Assembly: GCA_951406725.2 (NCBI GenBank) | Contig: OX597816.1 | Location: forward strand, 117,862,001 to 117,926,000 | From: Octopus vulgaris | Taxonomy: Eukaryota | DNA: 64,000 nucleotides | Direction: 5' to 3' | Shown: one piece after another, positions 23,877 through 37,337 of the stretch | Layout: each line of letters starts with the position of its first letter | How positions within the stretch are numbered: position 1 is the stretch's first letter | The notes under the pieces: generated by a model | The model's input: only the letters and a program-made list of their open reading frames with translations | Databases searched by the model: none | Told to the model about the DNA's origin: nothing | Translations under genes and position numbers: made by a program

Positions 23877-26824
23877 ACATCAGAGGACTGCAAACACTCA
23901 GTAACAGGACAAAGATCCCGTTCCTGAGAGACTTTGTTGCATGCAATCAAGCCTTATGCATAGCACTTACAGAAACGCACCTGAAACCGGACATAGCAGA
24001 TGCGGAGTTACACATACCACAGTATGCTGTACTACGGACCGACAGGAAAGAAAGGAGTCACGGAGGTGTTGCTATGTACATCCGTGAGGACCTCACACCC
24101 CAGGTCCTCTTGTCATACTCAAACTCGGTGTGTGACACACTAATTGTACATATTAGGCAACTTGATGTAGTTGTGTGTGCTACATATCGCCCTCCAGATG
24201 CCCCAAGCCATGTGGGCAAGTTTGAAGACTGCCTTATAAAAATAGAAGAAATTCTAACCACATTAGAACAACACATAGGTGTGTTTCTTATGGGAGACTT
24301 CAATCGGCCCAATATCAGATGGCCCGAGGGCCTTTCTCTCCCAGGAATGACAAGATGTGAACGAGGACAGGCGAGGTCCCTCCTGAACCTCATCAACACC
24401 CTGTACATGGAGCAGGTAATACTCCAACCAACCAGGGCAGGTAACACACTGGATCTCTGCTTCACAAATGACATGGATCTCATCCATAATGTGAAAGTGA
24501 CACCGACACTACTCTCGGATCACAACATGATAGAGCTGACCATGTACGGGCCAAAAGAGAGCACGGACATGCAGCCTACAAGAAACCCTCAAAATCTTTC
24601 CAGCTTGAACTACCATAAGGCAAACTGGAAACAAATTGAGAAAGAGATCCTCAAACAAAACTGGCCTAAATGTCTCTCCTCGCCAGACATCGACGTGAAA
24701 CTTCAACAATTCATGTCTGTAATGCAAGCCATATGCTACAAATGTGTCCCAGAGAGAAAGGCCACTGTACACAAGAACAAAATCCCCAGAGAGAGGAAAA
24801 TTTTAATGAGACGGCGTACGAAATTTTCAAATCGCCTAAATAAACAGATTGAAAGCAGTGAAAAGTCCCGCCTAAAAATAAAACTGTTGGAAATCGAAAA
24901 ATGTCTGCAACTCTCCCATGAAAAAGAAAGAGCAGACAAAGAAGCCTGGGCTATAGAAAACATAAAATCTAACCCCAGAGCTTTCTACAGGTATGCCAAA
25001 GAAACAGCTACAGTGCACTGTAGAATAGGGCCACTCCTCGAAAAGGATGGCACACTTACAGGAAAACCAATGAGGGTAAGTGAAATACTGAATGAGCAAT
25101 TCAAGAGTGTTTTCACTCCACCCCTTGGGCATCTCCAAATCACCAATCCAACTAACTTTTTTACCACTGCAGATATAAAATCAGAGGCGGCGACGATAGA
25201 TTACATCGATATAAAGGAAGACGATGTAACCAAGGCTATAGATGACATGAAAACAGACTCAGCTACTGGCCCCGATGGATTCCCGGCAATCCTCCTAAAA
25301 GCATGTAAGAGAGTCCTAGCAAGACCACTGCAGTTCCTCTTTCAGAGCTTCCTTGCAGCTGGCAAACTTCCAGGAAAACTGAAGGAAGGTAAAATATGCC
25401 CCATTCATAAAGGAGGTAGCAGAGCGGAAGCCAAGAACTATAGACCTATCTCTCTGACCTCACACATCAGCAAGGTCATGGAACGAATAGTCAGAAGGAA
25501 GCTGATCACCTTCCTTGAAGAGAATGACTTGCTGCCCGACACCCAACATGGTTTCCGACCAGGGAGAAGCTGTTTAACTCAGCTCCTACAACACTATGAC
25601 TGGGTGCTGAAACGGCTGCTCAACCACTCAAATGTGGAAGTGATATATCTCGACTTTGCAAAGGCCTTTGATAAAGTCGATCATGGAATGATATGTCACA
25701 AACTGCGTGATCTCAACATAGTTGGAAAACTGGGAGAATGACTTCATGACTTTCTGAAGGATAGAAGTCAGGTGGTAGTAGCCAATGGGGCCACCTCCAT
25801 TAACACACAAATAGTGAGCGGTGTTCCGCAGGGCACTGTTCTGGGACCACTACTGTTCATAATGGCCCTCTCAGACATGCCCTCAGCCACGCAGAGAGCC
25901 ACGATCACAAGTTATGCAGATGATACAAAAGTTTCACAGGCAATACAGAACCCTGAGGACACTAAACACCTGCAATGTGAGCTGGACGAAATATACAAGT
26001 GGGCTGAAAAGAATAGCATGCAGTTCAATGCTGGAAAGTTTCAAGCTTTATACTATCAGCATGCAAAACTGAATGCAATACCCAATGAATACACTGGACC
26101 CGGAGGGATTGCAATCCCAGAGGCACAATCAGTGCGTGACCTGGGTATTCACATGAGTGATGACGCGACCTTTCATGTACATGTTGCTAAACTGACAATG
26201 AAATGTAGACGGCTGGCTGGATGGATTCTTAGAACCTTTAGAACAAGAGAACAAGAAACCATGATGGTCCTCTGGAAGACACTTGTCCTAAGCCACTTTG
26301 ACTATTGCTCTCAGTTATGGTCACCATCCAGTGTCAAGTTGATCACAGAACTTGAGGCGATCCAACGAAGCTACACGAAGAAGATAGCCTCTGTGCAGCA
26401 TATGAGCTACTGGGAAAGACTCAAGATATTAAAATTATATTCCCTGGAGCGTAGGCGGGAAAGATATGCCATAATATACATCTGGAAGATCCTGGAGGGA
26501 AGTGTCCTGAACTTTGGCATCGAGAGTTACGCAAATGCCAGAACTGGGCGCCACTGCGTGGTGCCTAGGACTCCAAACCTGCCATCAAGATGTAGGACAA
26601 GATTCTGTGATAGCCTGGGCTTCCGAGGTCCACAGCTCTTCAATATTCTCCCGAAGAACCTGAGAGACCTGCATGGGGTGGATACAGATGTCTTTAAAAT
26701 GAAGCTGGATCTCTTCCTGTCAGGTGTCCCAGATGAACCAACTTCACGGCAGGAGGGGCAGATGAGGGCAGCTGCATCGAACTCTCTCATGCACCAAATA
26801 GCAGTTGCTAGAAAGCCCCCATGA
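23828..26824 (+). pseudogene. LINE ORF2: APE endonuclease + reverse transcriptase, one in-frame TGA at 25739-25741
   Basis: EN: LLNIRGL, ALTETHL, GGVAMYI, YRPP, MGDFN, PTR..NTLDL, SDH. RT: GPDG, NYRPISLTS, QHGFR, YLDFAKAFDKVDH, GVPQGTVLGPLLF, YADD. ORFs 23720-25741 and 25772-26824 are in the same frame. Confidence 0.95.
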
Positions 26825-26909
26825 AGTGAAACCAAGTAGCAACACCAAATGGCGGTGCCCCAGCATGGCCACAGCTCATAAGCTGAAACTAGAATCAATC
26901 AATCAACCA

Positions 26910-26972
<63 letters not shown>

Positions 26973-27019
26973 GTGAGATATAAGTGAAATACTTACTCAT
27001 ACCCATGGAAGTCACATAT

Positions 27020-27080
27020 TTATCGCTGAAGAGGGGAAAACTCTTATGAATTAACCCCGAAATTGGGACCAATACGGTAA
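27020..27080 (+). ncRNA. type I hammerhead ribozyme with fully canonical core
   Basis: Stem I TTATCG/CGGTAA; CTGAAGA 27026-27032; stem II GGGG/CCCC; GAAA 27059-27062; stem III ATTGG-ga-CCAAT; ATA triplet with cleavage after 27074. Confidence 0.8.
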
Positions 27081-27082
27081 TA

Positions 27083-27159
<77 letters not shown>

Positions 27160-27425
27160 CACATATACAAAAAATATGTATTTATATGTGTGTGTGTGTG
27201 TCATCGTTGTCGTTTTTGTATTTGTTGTTGTTGCCATCCTTCTTTAAATCCTTTACCTACTTTTGTAAAGGGGACCTATGATCAAAGGAGTGTTAGCTAA
27301 GCGTGTACGACCTGTTTTCGTTTGTTTGTTTTTTTACGATGTAACGTATCTAAGATTACGTTACCCAACATCTTTAACATTTTTTAAGATGGCAGAGGAC
27401 GTTTTGGCTGCTATTTCTAGCAGCC

Positions 27426-27470
27426 ATACTTCCACGTGCAATTACTTATAGTAATTGCACGTGGAAGTAT
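27426..27470. repeat. perfect 21-bp inverted repeat with 3-nt loop
   Basis: ATACTTCCACGTGCAATTACT-tat-AGTAATTGCACGTGGAAGTAT. Confidence 0.95.
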
Positions 27471-29789
27471 CATACACAGATGAAGAGCTCAGTTTAAATC
27501 CTCGTGTGAACATCGTCTATGAGAGAGTACAGATCTGTTCAGAGAAAAGATTTCTTCAAACTACATAAATTTCAAAGAAAAGGAAACTTAGATACGCGAC
27601 ATACTTTAGGAAGACATTTCTTCTTTGAAGTAAAACTGTAGGAGATCCCTCGTACGCCAGACAAATGGAATATGAATAAAAATTGATTTTTGCATCATAC
27701 TTATGAGCATATGTATATATATATATATATATATTGTGCATCTGTGCGTGCACTAACTCCACTTATATTAAAGACTGTGGTGATGGTTAAGCGCTATTTC
27801 CGTTTATTTAATCACGATTCAAATTACATCTGAATAAAAAAAAACATTTTACACTTATAGAAGGCATAAGTTTAAACAAAAATTTTAATTAGCATAAAAA
27901 TAAATGTAATTTAATTAAGAACATTTTAACAGTATTTTAATTTTTATTATTTGATATTATACTCTGAGCAAATCAGACGATTAATAACTGTTTAATTAGA
28001 TTGTCTTAACATCTGTTGTAATGGGTAAACGAAAGGGTCTGTTCCTCACACATGCAATCGAGATTTGTACATCTGCCTAAGGTGATATGAAGTTTTCAAG
28101 CTTAGTAAGTGCTGCTTACCATACTGTGGTTATCTTCAATGGAACTGGTGGCTATTTCCACCGTCCTCAATCAGGATAACCACAACCACTGAAATAAGGG
28201 GCGAACAATACATTCACATTGTGACAATGGAGAACAGGCAAAATGATCACAGTTGACATTTTGAAAGACGTCCGACAGAGATGCTGCATGCAGATTAGTG
28301 TCGCTGATATCAAGAATCGCCTAAAAGTAGTTTGAGATTGTGTGATGTATAAAAAATTTCTCTGAAACAATAGCATCAAGAGCATAAGAAATGGATGACA
28401 GCATACTGGTCAAAAATCTTGTGGTAGAAGTCAAAATTCAATTTGATGTAATCTGACGGCCGATTGCATATCTGGTGATGCACAGGGGAAGAGAAGATTT
28501 CGATTCAGAGTGCATATATCTGATAGTTAAACATTGTGGTGACAATGTCCAGATGTAGTGCTAAATGATTGGAAAAGAAGTTGATGATATACTACATCAG
28601 ATCAAAAATATCCTAAATTGTACAGTCTTAAAGAATATCAAGAAGACTTTGCTTTCAAATATCAAGAACCATATGGGCTAGTGGTATATTTATCTGTACA
28701 ACAACAATCCAAAACATATAAGAATAATGGTGGAAATTCATCAAAAGCACGAAAATTTAAGTGATGCAGTGGGCAGAAGAATCCCTGAATTAAAATCCAG
28801 TGGAAAATTTGTGGAAATGAGTTGACATGAAAGATTTCGGGTAGCCGACATATTATTAGCGTCATATGATGTCTTATATGATATTCTTCTTCATCTTCAA
28901 TATTTCATTTAATTTTATTGACAGAAAATTGCATGCTTTAGATTTTCTGAAATTAAGTAACGTATATTTTTGTAGCGTTATTGATACTGTCAATAATTAC
29001 ATTAGGATAATTTTAAACTTCGTGTTTAAACAAACATCATTTAAAAGAATAAAAGAAACTCTTCCTATTCCTACATAGTATGAATCGTAAATAATTAAAT
29101 AAATGGAAATAACACTTAATCACCAGAATACTCCTGTTCTAAATTAAATGATACCTTACCATGTACGTATGAAACGTCAATATATCTGTGTATGCCACTA
29201 TGTATCTATTTATCTACACACACACGCACGAATATACACTTTCACTTGTAATTCTCTTTATGTATTGTAATGAGCATGAAACTTTGTTACAACTACAATG
29301 TCTATATGCAGGTATTCGAGTATGTTTGTTCCCTCTTTCTTTCTCTCTCTTTGTCTCTCGATGTGTCTGTATATGTAAATATATATGTAATGTGAATGGT
29401 AAGGAATACGACTGAGTATATAAAGATATTTGACACAAAACATATTGTGGTCTATCTTTCTCACTGTAATGAAATGATCAGAATGTTTAGATATAAAAAA
29501 GAAGGTCAAATGAAATCAATAGAATGCCAATATATTTTCAAATATTTCATATGTGTGTTGTAAAACATCGGCAATAAATACCAGCATGGCATTTGATTGA
29601 TTTTTTTACCAATTGAAAAAGAAAAAAAAATCACTGAATACACATACTCAATTACGCGCAAAAGCATGCATATATACTTGCAAAATGAAATAGATGTGCG
29701 TATGGATGTGTGTATGTATGCATGCACGTAAGGTGCATATGTATACTTAATTGTTTGTATTCAATGATTTACATACACACATACACACG

Positions 29790-29837
<48 letters not shown>

Positions 29838-30060
29838 TAGTTGATGCATGTACATGTGTTTGTAGATGTATGTTTAACATTTACATTTTAAACGTCCATG
29901 TAACAAAGCACTATATATATGTGTGTGTGTGTGTGTGTCTGCGTGTGTGTGTGTGTGTATGTGTGTGTGTGTGTCTGCGTTTGTGTGTACGTGTGTGTGT
30001 ATGTTTATGCATACACATGCAATGATTGGCAAAGATACTCCCACTCTCTACACAAATATA

Positions 30061-30105
<45 letters not shown>

Positions 30106-30119
30106 GATAGATGGAACAG

Positions 30120-30206
<87 letters not shown>

Positions 30207-30643
30207 GGAGATAGGCAGAGAGATAGAGAGATAGATAGACATTATCATTGTCCTTTTAGTAGAATAATTATACTTCTTTTTTAAAACATTTAAGAGTAGT
30301 AAATAGACTGTTGACTTCAGCAACAGCAAAAAAAAAAAAAAGCTGATATATAAGATCGATGAGTCTTGGAGCATAGATATAGATAATGTATCACATAACA
30401 AAAAGAATGCTGTTTCACGTTCATCAGTAGCAGTTGACAGGCAGATATGATCTGTTTTATCCTAACATTTGCATGATTCAAACGCTTTTGCTTACGTCTA
30501 ATACTTTTATCTGATCCGAACCTTTCTTTCTTCTGATTTCACTACTGAATCTTAATACAAGTGTAATATCGACTTTATGTATAGTGTCTTACAGTTAGCT
30601 TGAGACAACAGATATGCACACACGCACGCGCGCGCACACGCAT

Positions 30644-30678
<35 letters not shown>

Positions 30679-32529
30679 TGCACACACTCACACACACACA
30701 CACACACACATACACACACACACACACAAACGTAGGCACACGAACACAGACACGCACACATACACAAATATATAAAGTGCGTGAAGATATATGTATGTAT
30801 ATAAATTGTGTATCTGTGTGTACTTACAGGAATGCTTATATGCAAATGCATTTGCTTGTGTGTGCGTTTGTGTGCATGAGTGCATATGTGTGTGTATGTG
30901 TGCATGTGTGTGTGTGTGTGTGTGCATGTCTGTGTGTGTGTGCGTGTGTGCGTGTGTTTATCTGTGTAAAGGGTGCTTTGGAGGTAGAAATGTGATAAAT
31001 TTCATACTGTGACTTCATGCTGGCATCCAATTTGATACCAACGATAACCAATAGTTGCGTGAAACCGTCTTGTAGATTTTAGCAGATTCTACAGGCTTAA
31101 TACTTATTCACGTAAACACACCTACCCCCCACCACACATACACCCTCACACAAATACATTTATACTTATACAAACAAATACATAGGCACGCATATACACA
31201 TATGGTCATTATTGACGGGCAATTGCCTTACAACTGTACAATTGTTTTACACATTCTTTTCTTGATGTATAAGCTATGGAACCAGAAAATATGAATAGTG
31301 GATAAAAAAAAGTGACGACAGATTAAGTACACAGGAGGTGAGGTCGACATATTTAGGTGTTTTTGTAAGTTATTCTTAGAAAAGGAAATACTAAATATTA
31401 AGAGAATAGACGTTGAAAGAAGAGAGAGAGAGAGAGCGAGAGAGACATAGGGAGAGAGAGAGGGGGGTATAGAGAGAGAAGGAGAGAGAGAGGGGCAGCG
31501 AGAAGAGGAAGAGGTTGAAGAAGGGGAATGAAGAGGCAGGGTGTGAGTGAGAAGGAAAGAGGAAGTGGTCGTATCATAAGGTTAAAAAGCTTGACCTTTT
31601 CCTTAATGGCATATCAACCTTGGCGAATACGTGATTATCTCCCTTTCTCAAGTATGAGTTCCTCAGTCGTAGATTATGGCTTGCGTGAAAATATTTGGAA
31701 TTGCACTCAAAATCTCGAGCCTATTGCGCCGAAGTATGAATGGATGGAGCACTGAGCTCACATCGGGGAGGTAGAGATTAGGCTTTGTCAAAATCAAAAC
31801 GTGGAATCTTCTAAGAAGTTAGCACGCCACCCTTGCTTTTTGTTTTGTGTATGTTACTGCTTTGTGTTTGATTTTGAGAAATACGAAAGCTGACTATGAG
31901 TTTAAGAAAAGGAAAGATAACATCAACCATCTACTTTTTATGGACTACCTGAAGCTATATTGGAAAGATGAAAACTAGCTGAATTCACTGATTCAAGCAG
32001 CGCATTGCTTTAGCGCGTGCATTAGAATATAATTTGGGTTAAAAAAGTGTGGTGTTGACTCTTAAAAGAAATAAAATTCAGCAAATGGATGCTATGAAAT
32101 TGACCACAAAAGACTAGACGGGGAAGGATTACAAGTATTGTGGCATACTGGAAGTAGACTGAATGAAAGACAAATGAAAAATATAATTTTGTTTTCCTTG
32201 TACGACACTTCTACACATCAGCAAACAGATCTTACACTATTTGCATACACACCACTGGCTGACTACGGCGAGTCGTTTCGAAAGTGGAGGAGTGTGTGAT
32301 ACTGAAGAGTGGAAATGATCGCGAAATGTCGATAGTTCTTGTTCACTTCCGGGGTGATTTTGCTCCACCTGTTTTGAGATATACTGTTGTTTTAAGAGGA
32401 TTAGTCTTCAAAGGTGTCTCCTTTAAACGAAATACCGCAGCTTTGTAGCGTTCACTAATACACATACATTATGTGATAATGACAATGTTTATATATATAT
32501 AATGTGTGTGTATACACATATATATATCT

Positions 32530-32609
<80 letters not shown>

Positions 32610-33036
32610 CACACGCAAACAAATATATTTTAGCTCAAATTCTATCATTTCCTCCCGTTTCATCTTCACTCACTCTTTCTTTCTCACTCTCTCACTACTC
32701 TTCCTCTATATTTTCATTAATTTTACCAGCTAAAAAATAACTGGCGTCAACATACCTCGTCAAATCGTTATTACTTATTATCTTTCCTAGGAACAGCAAA
32801 TGCAAGCAACTACACATGAGGGATCTCCCCTACTTTTACTTAAACTATTGCTGCGTGGTTGTCTACTGTTTATACTCTTCTACTTCCATTATATATTCAG
32901 TCTGGCCTATGATGAAATACAAGAATGTATTGGAACAATTGGACGGCTATAAACGTTGCTAGGTTAATAAAAAACTAAGTCTTCAGTTTATAACGTATGG
33001 AGTACTTCCTTGAGTTATAGCCTATCCATAATCATG

Positions 33037-33113
<77 letters not shown>

Positions 33114-33574
33114 CATACATTCATAAACACATATATAAATACATACATACATACATACACACATACATACATACATACATACATACATACATACATACAT
33201 ACATACATACATACATACATACATGGTTGAAGTCAACTCGTAACTAGGTAAAACCATTTCTTAGAATCAAGAAATTCTTGTGCGTGGATTTCTTTGAAGT
33301 AGGTAAAATGTTGCACAGCACAGCAACTGCTTTTCAATGCCGTCAGCTATAAAACCAGTGGCATAATGAGGTTGAGGCGACCAGAAACCAACTGCATTTC
33401 GGGGTTTTTAAAAGAGTTTACCGTCTCCTAGAAGGAAGTTGTTACGAAAACTAAGAGTCCTTTACTTTCAGTTGTCAATAGACTACTTAAACCATAACTT
33501 GGAACCTGATGTACTGTACACATATATACACATATATACACATGTATGTATGTATGTATGTATGTATGTATGTA

Positions 33575-33610
<36 letters not shown>

Positions 33611-33864
33611 CATGCGTGGTGTATTGCTGAAGTGTGAGTGCATATACAGTCCAGCTCTGACACACCTGGACACACCAACACACACGAGCACAAACACACA
33701 CAAGCACACACACACACACACGCACACACACACACACACACACGCACACACACGCACACTCACACACACACGCACACGCACACACACGCACACGCACATG
33801 CACACACACATACACACACACACTTTCTCATTATGTATATTTATGCATGACTGTGTGTATTTAT

Positions 33865-34900
33865 GAACTTGTATCTAAGAGCCTGTCTGCAAGATGCATT
33901 TCAGAGGTTTTGAGACATTTTTAGGATTTAATTTCGAAAAAGTACAAAGCTCAAACTGACTTCAATGCACTTGTTTCAGCATTCCAGCCACTTCGTGAAG
34001 GCTCCACGTAAGTCTTCCAAAGTGCAAGTTTCTAGTACCCTTGTTATAGCCTCCTTCATCTTCTTCAGAATGGAATTGCGGACTGGTGCACTGTCCGGGT
34101 GCGGTTACTCTGGCTTTTCACAACGGAATCTCCTCCCTGAACTCTCTCAAAACTTCCACAAAATACTCTTTGTTGATCGTCTGGCCAGAGGTAACCCAAT
34201 GGTGTAGATGATGACCTTACTTTCGAAAAGAGGATCATCCTGAGCTTTCCTGTGGACTTGCTTTGCCTGGCCTCTTGTGCTAGAAAGTAACAGAACCTCG
34301 ACTCATACAAGTTAATCTATAAGCATTTCATAAGTTTCGGCAGCAAGGCGGCGAGCTGGCAGAAACGTTAGCACGTCGGGCGAAATCGTCTGCCGCTACG
34401 ATCTGAGTTCAAATTCCGCCGAGGTTGACTTTGCCTTTCATCCTTTCGGGGTCTAGTAAATAAGTACCAGTTACGCACTGGGGTCGATATAATCGACTTA
34501 ATCCGTTTGTCTGTCCTTGTTTGTCCTCTCTGTGTTTTGCCCCTTGTGGGTAGTAAAGAAATAAGTATTTCTCTGTCTTTACGTTCTGAGTTAAAATTAC
34601 GCCGAGGTCGTCTTTGCCTCTCATCCTTTTGGGGGTCGATAAATTAAGTACCAGTTGCGTACTGGGGCCGGTCTAATCGACTGGTCCCCTCCCCTCAAAT
34701 TTCGGGCCTTGTGCCTAGAGTAGAAAAGATATGTTTCCGCAGCGTTTTAACCGCAAAACTCGTTGCGTAGCTAGCTTCCAAACGTCCAAACTGCATTCTG
34801 CTAACTCGTCAGCCTTGACGGACAGTGTTTTAGTAGGATGTATTTATAGAGCTATCGTAGTCGTTTCCTTCAATCTTTAATAACAAAAGTTGGCAGGTCA
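33865..34900 (-). mobile_element. mariner transposase relic interrupted by a SINE
   Basis: ARQSKSTGKLRMILF, HWVTSGQTINKEYFVEVLRE and MKEAITRVL...GAFTKWLE resemble mariner KKARQSKS/GQTVNxEYY and C-terminal motifs; boundaries approximate. Confidence 0.75.
34345..34729 (+). mobile_element. SINE family B with two internal modules and a 14-bp TSD
   Basis: TAAGTTTCGGCAGC (34331-34344) vs TATGTTTCCGCAGC (34730-34743). Confidence 0.85.
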
Positions 34901-35574
34901 GCTTATTAGATGTATAGTAATGATATAATAAAATTACAATAATCTAGAACAGTTATAACTGCTTCTCCTAAAAAAAAGTCTCGAAACTTCTTGTTTGCAA
35001 TGACATAACACATGATAAAGTAATTTAAGTCTGTTTGCATGGTTTCGATACACTATTCAATTTAGTATAGTTTAGTGTTTTCAATATAAGTTCTTTTCTA
35101 CCACTTTCCAACGTGATTGCCTTAAATTCATATCTGCAATTTTATTCATGGCTGCAATTTATATACAATACCTATCTTTCAAACTTCTGGATTACTGTAA
35201 ATATCTATCACTAAATATATTTCTTCGTCTCTCATAACCCTTCTGGTAAAGTGACTTGAACAAAATGATTACGGAAGTTTAATCTGACGTAATCATCATG
35301 TAATTGTCACTGAAACGCGTGTTAAGATGCTATAAGTAAATCATATCATACTATATTCTGTCTTGTACTATTTATCCGTTCGCTCTTTCCATTATAGCCA
35401 ACAAACATATAACATAAAATTATTTGTGTAATCATACACATTTTCCTCCCAGGCCTCTATATTCGAGAGTAATGTAACTTACGGCGCTCTCATTCAATGG
35501 TTATATATCGTGCAACTTTACCACGTACTTTATGGTCATTATATTTGTAAGTATTTAAGTGCATGTGTGTGTAC

Positions 35575-35633
<59 letters not shown>

Positions 35634-35669
35634 TGTGTGTATATATCTCCACCACTCTCTTTCTTTCTG

Positions 35670-35706
<37 letters not shown>

Positions 35707-35799
35707 ACATGAGCTATGAGCTAAGAGAAATAACTCAAAGTAGCCAATGGCATGTATGTGAGTAACATAGATAAATACACGTATATCAAATACCTTACT

Positions 35800-36012
35800 G
35801 CATCAGTTCTTGATTTGTTTAAATTATATTCGCCTCTAGAGGATATAGATATGTCATTAAGGAAGAGGACATGACATAAGAGGACGGTTATGGCCACATG
35901 TGTCTGGCTTCCAGACTATAAAGGGAAATTCTTGGGTCTTAAGATTATCTCCCCTTCTTAAGTTGAGCTGGTATTATCTAGAGGCGGGCATAATTTTAAT
36001 AAATCAAGAATT
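35800..36012. repeat. MITE-like foldback
   Basis: TTCTTGATTTGTTTAAATTATATTCGCCTCTAGA vs TCTAGAGGCGGGCATAATTTTAATAAATCAAGAA. Confidence 0.65.
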
Positions 36013-36214
36013 TATGTTATAAGTTATTTGAGGAATTTGTATTTGTATATTCATGTGTATGTAAATACGTGTGTGTGTGTATGAGTATAAAAGAAGGGTG
36101 AAAATACCGCTTGCCAAAGATAAAAGCGATAGCTTCAAAAACCACCAATCCTGCGATAAATACACACAAGAGCAATGCAATGAACACTAAAAAATAAGAT
36201 TACTTATTATAGTA

Positions 36215-36433
36215 ATATTCTTTTCTGCTCTAGGCACAAGGCCCGAAATTATTGGGGAGGAGGCCAGTCGATTAGATCTACCCCAGTACGCAACTGGTAC
36301 TTAATTTATCGACCCCGAAAGGATGAAAAGCAAAGTCGACCTCGGCAGAATTTAAACGCAGAACGTAAAGATAGACGAAATACCGCTAAGCATTGCGCCC
36401 GGCGTTCTAACATTTCTGCTGGCTCACCGCCTT
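36215..36433 (-). mobile_element. SINE family B
   Basis: Reverse complement of family B ending at GCTCACCGCC. Confidence 0.85.
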
Positions 36434-36506
36434 GAATTACAGTAATATTACCAGTTCTGTGCATCAAAACATACGTCCTAGTAAGTAACAAAACCCAAAA
36501 GAAAAT

Positions 36507-36722
36507 GTGCTAACAGAGAAAAACCTAGCAAAGTGGCCACAATTGAAGAAAAAAGTTGTAGAGTGGGTACTTGAAAATCGTCAAAATGGAAAGTGTGTTA
36601 CTTGTGAAGCCATCCGAGTTCATGCACGAAAAGAATCAAAGAAGGATGGAATTTCAGATTTTAAAGCAAGTGTTGGGTGGTGCACTAGGTTCATGAGACG
36701 TTATCACTTAGTACTTCGGCAG
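36507..36722 (+). pseudogene. pogo/Tigger-type transposase fragment (CENP-B-like HTH)
   Basis: KWPQLKKKVVEWVLENRQNG..VT...IRVHA....FKASVGWCTRFMRRYHLVLRQ matches the HTH_Tnp_Tc5 pattern (F.AS.GW..RF..R). Confidence 0.8.
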
Positions 36723-36794
36723 ATGTACTATGCTGGATACATTTGGTGTTCGTCTGGTATGTTGATTTTGTTCATTTTTATGTGTTCCTATTAT

Positions 36795-36855
36795 GCCTGC
36801 ACTGACGATTAGAAAGTGGATTATGTACACTAACTATGAAATCATGATTTGCGGC
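36795..36855 (+). ncRNA. minimal type I hammerhead ribozyme, copy 1
   Basis: CTGCA-CTGACGA(36802-36808)-tTAGaaAGTG..CACTaaCTAt-GAAA-TCATGA-TT-TGCGG; palindromic stem III ATCATGAT; stem II imperfect. Confidence 0.6.
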
Positions 36856-37276
36856 TGAATCTGTTTTTAAGGGTTGGCTTTAAAGGTTGCATTCCCTCAC
36901 GTTCGGCACACTGTGTATTTATTATGGTAGTTTTGACATTAAGAGTCCCTCATAGCGCGAGACATTTACGTGTGGTAATGCCCTTAATGTAAATAAATAT
37001 ATTTAAAGGGAATAATTATAAATTGTTCCCTTATGAGGTTTTCACGCTGACTACTCGATAAATTCTTATAAAGATTTTATCCTATTTTAAATTTTAAATT
37101 TAACCGGAATATATTCAGTGCTGAATTATTCTGAATATATACTTGTACAGAGATACAATTTGAAAAGCCCGCCTCTTACATAAATATATAAGAGTGACAT
37201 CTCTATGTACTATGGTGGATATATTTGGTGTTCGTCTGGTATGTTGATTTTGCTCATTTTTATGTGTCTTGATTAT

Positions 37277-37337
37277 GCCTGCACTGACGATTAGAAAGTG
37301 GATTATGTACACTAACTATGAAATCATGATTTGCAGC
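37277..37337 (+). ncRNA. minimal type I hammerhead ribozyme, copy 2
   Basis: CTGACGA 37284-37290; GAAATCATGATT 37320-37331; perfect stem I CTGCA/TGCAG. Confidence 0.62.

Larger units (their letters stand above)
23468..26913 (+). mobile_element. young 5'-truncated CR1/L2-group LINE inserted in (TA)n, with (AATC)n tail
   Basis: ORF1 C-terminus, full APE-RT ORF2, short 3' UTR and (AATC)n at 26893-26912; (TA)n on both flanks. Confidence 0.95.

Noticed and set aside
25739-25741. Selenocysteine or programmed readthrough at the TGA
   Set aside because: The position corresponds to Trp, and a single G>A change is the simpler explanation; no SECIS evident
28150-28860. Possible RLE-LINE relic (also 31900-32180, YKY.GILE-like)
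   Set aside because: Only isolated weak motifs; boundaries cannot be defined
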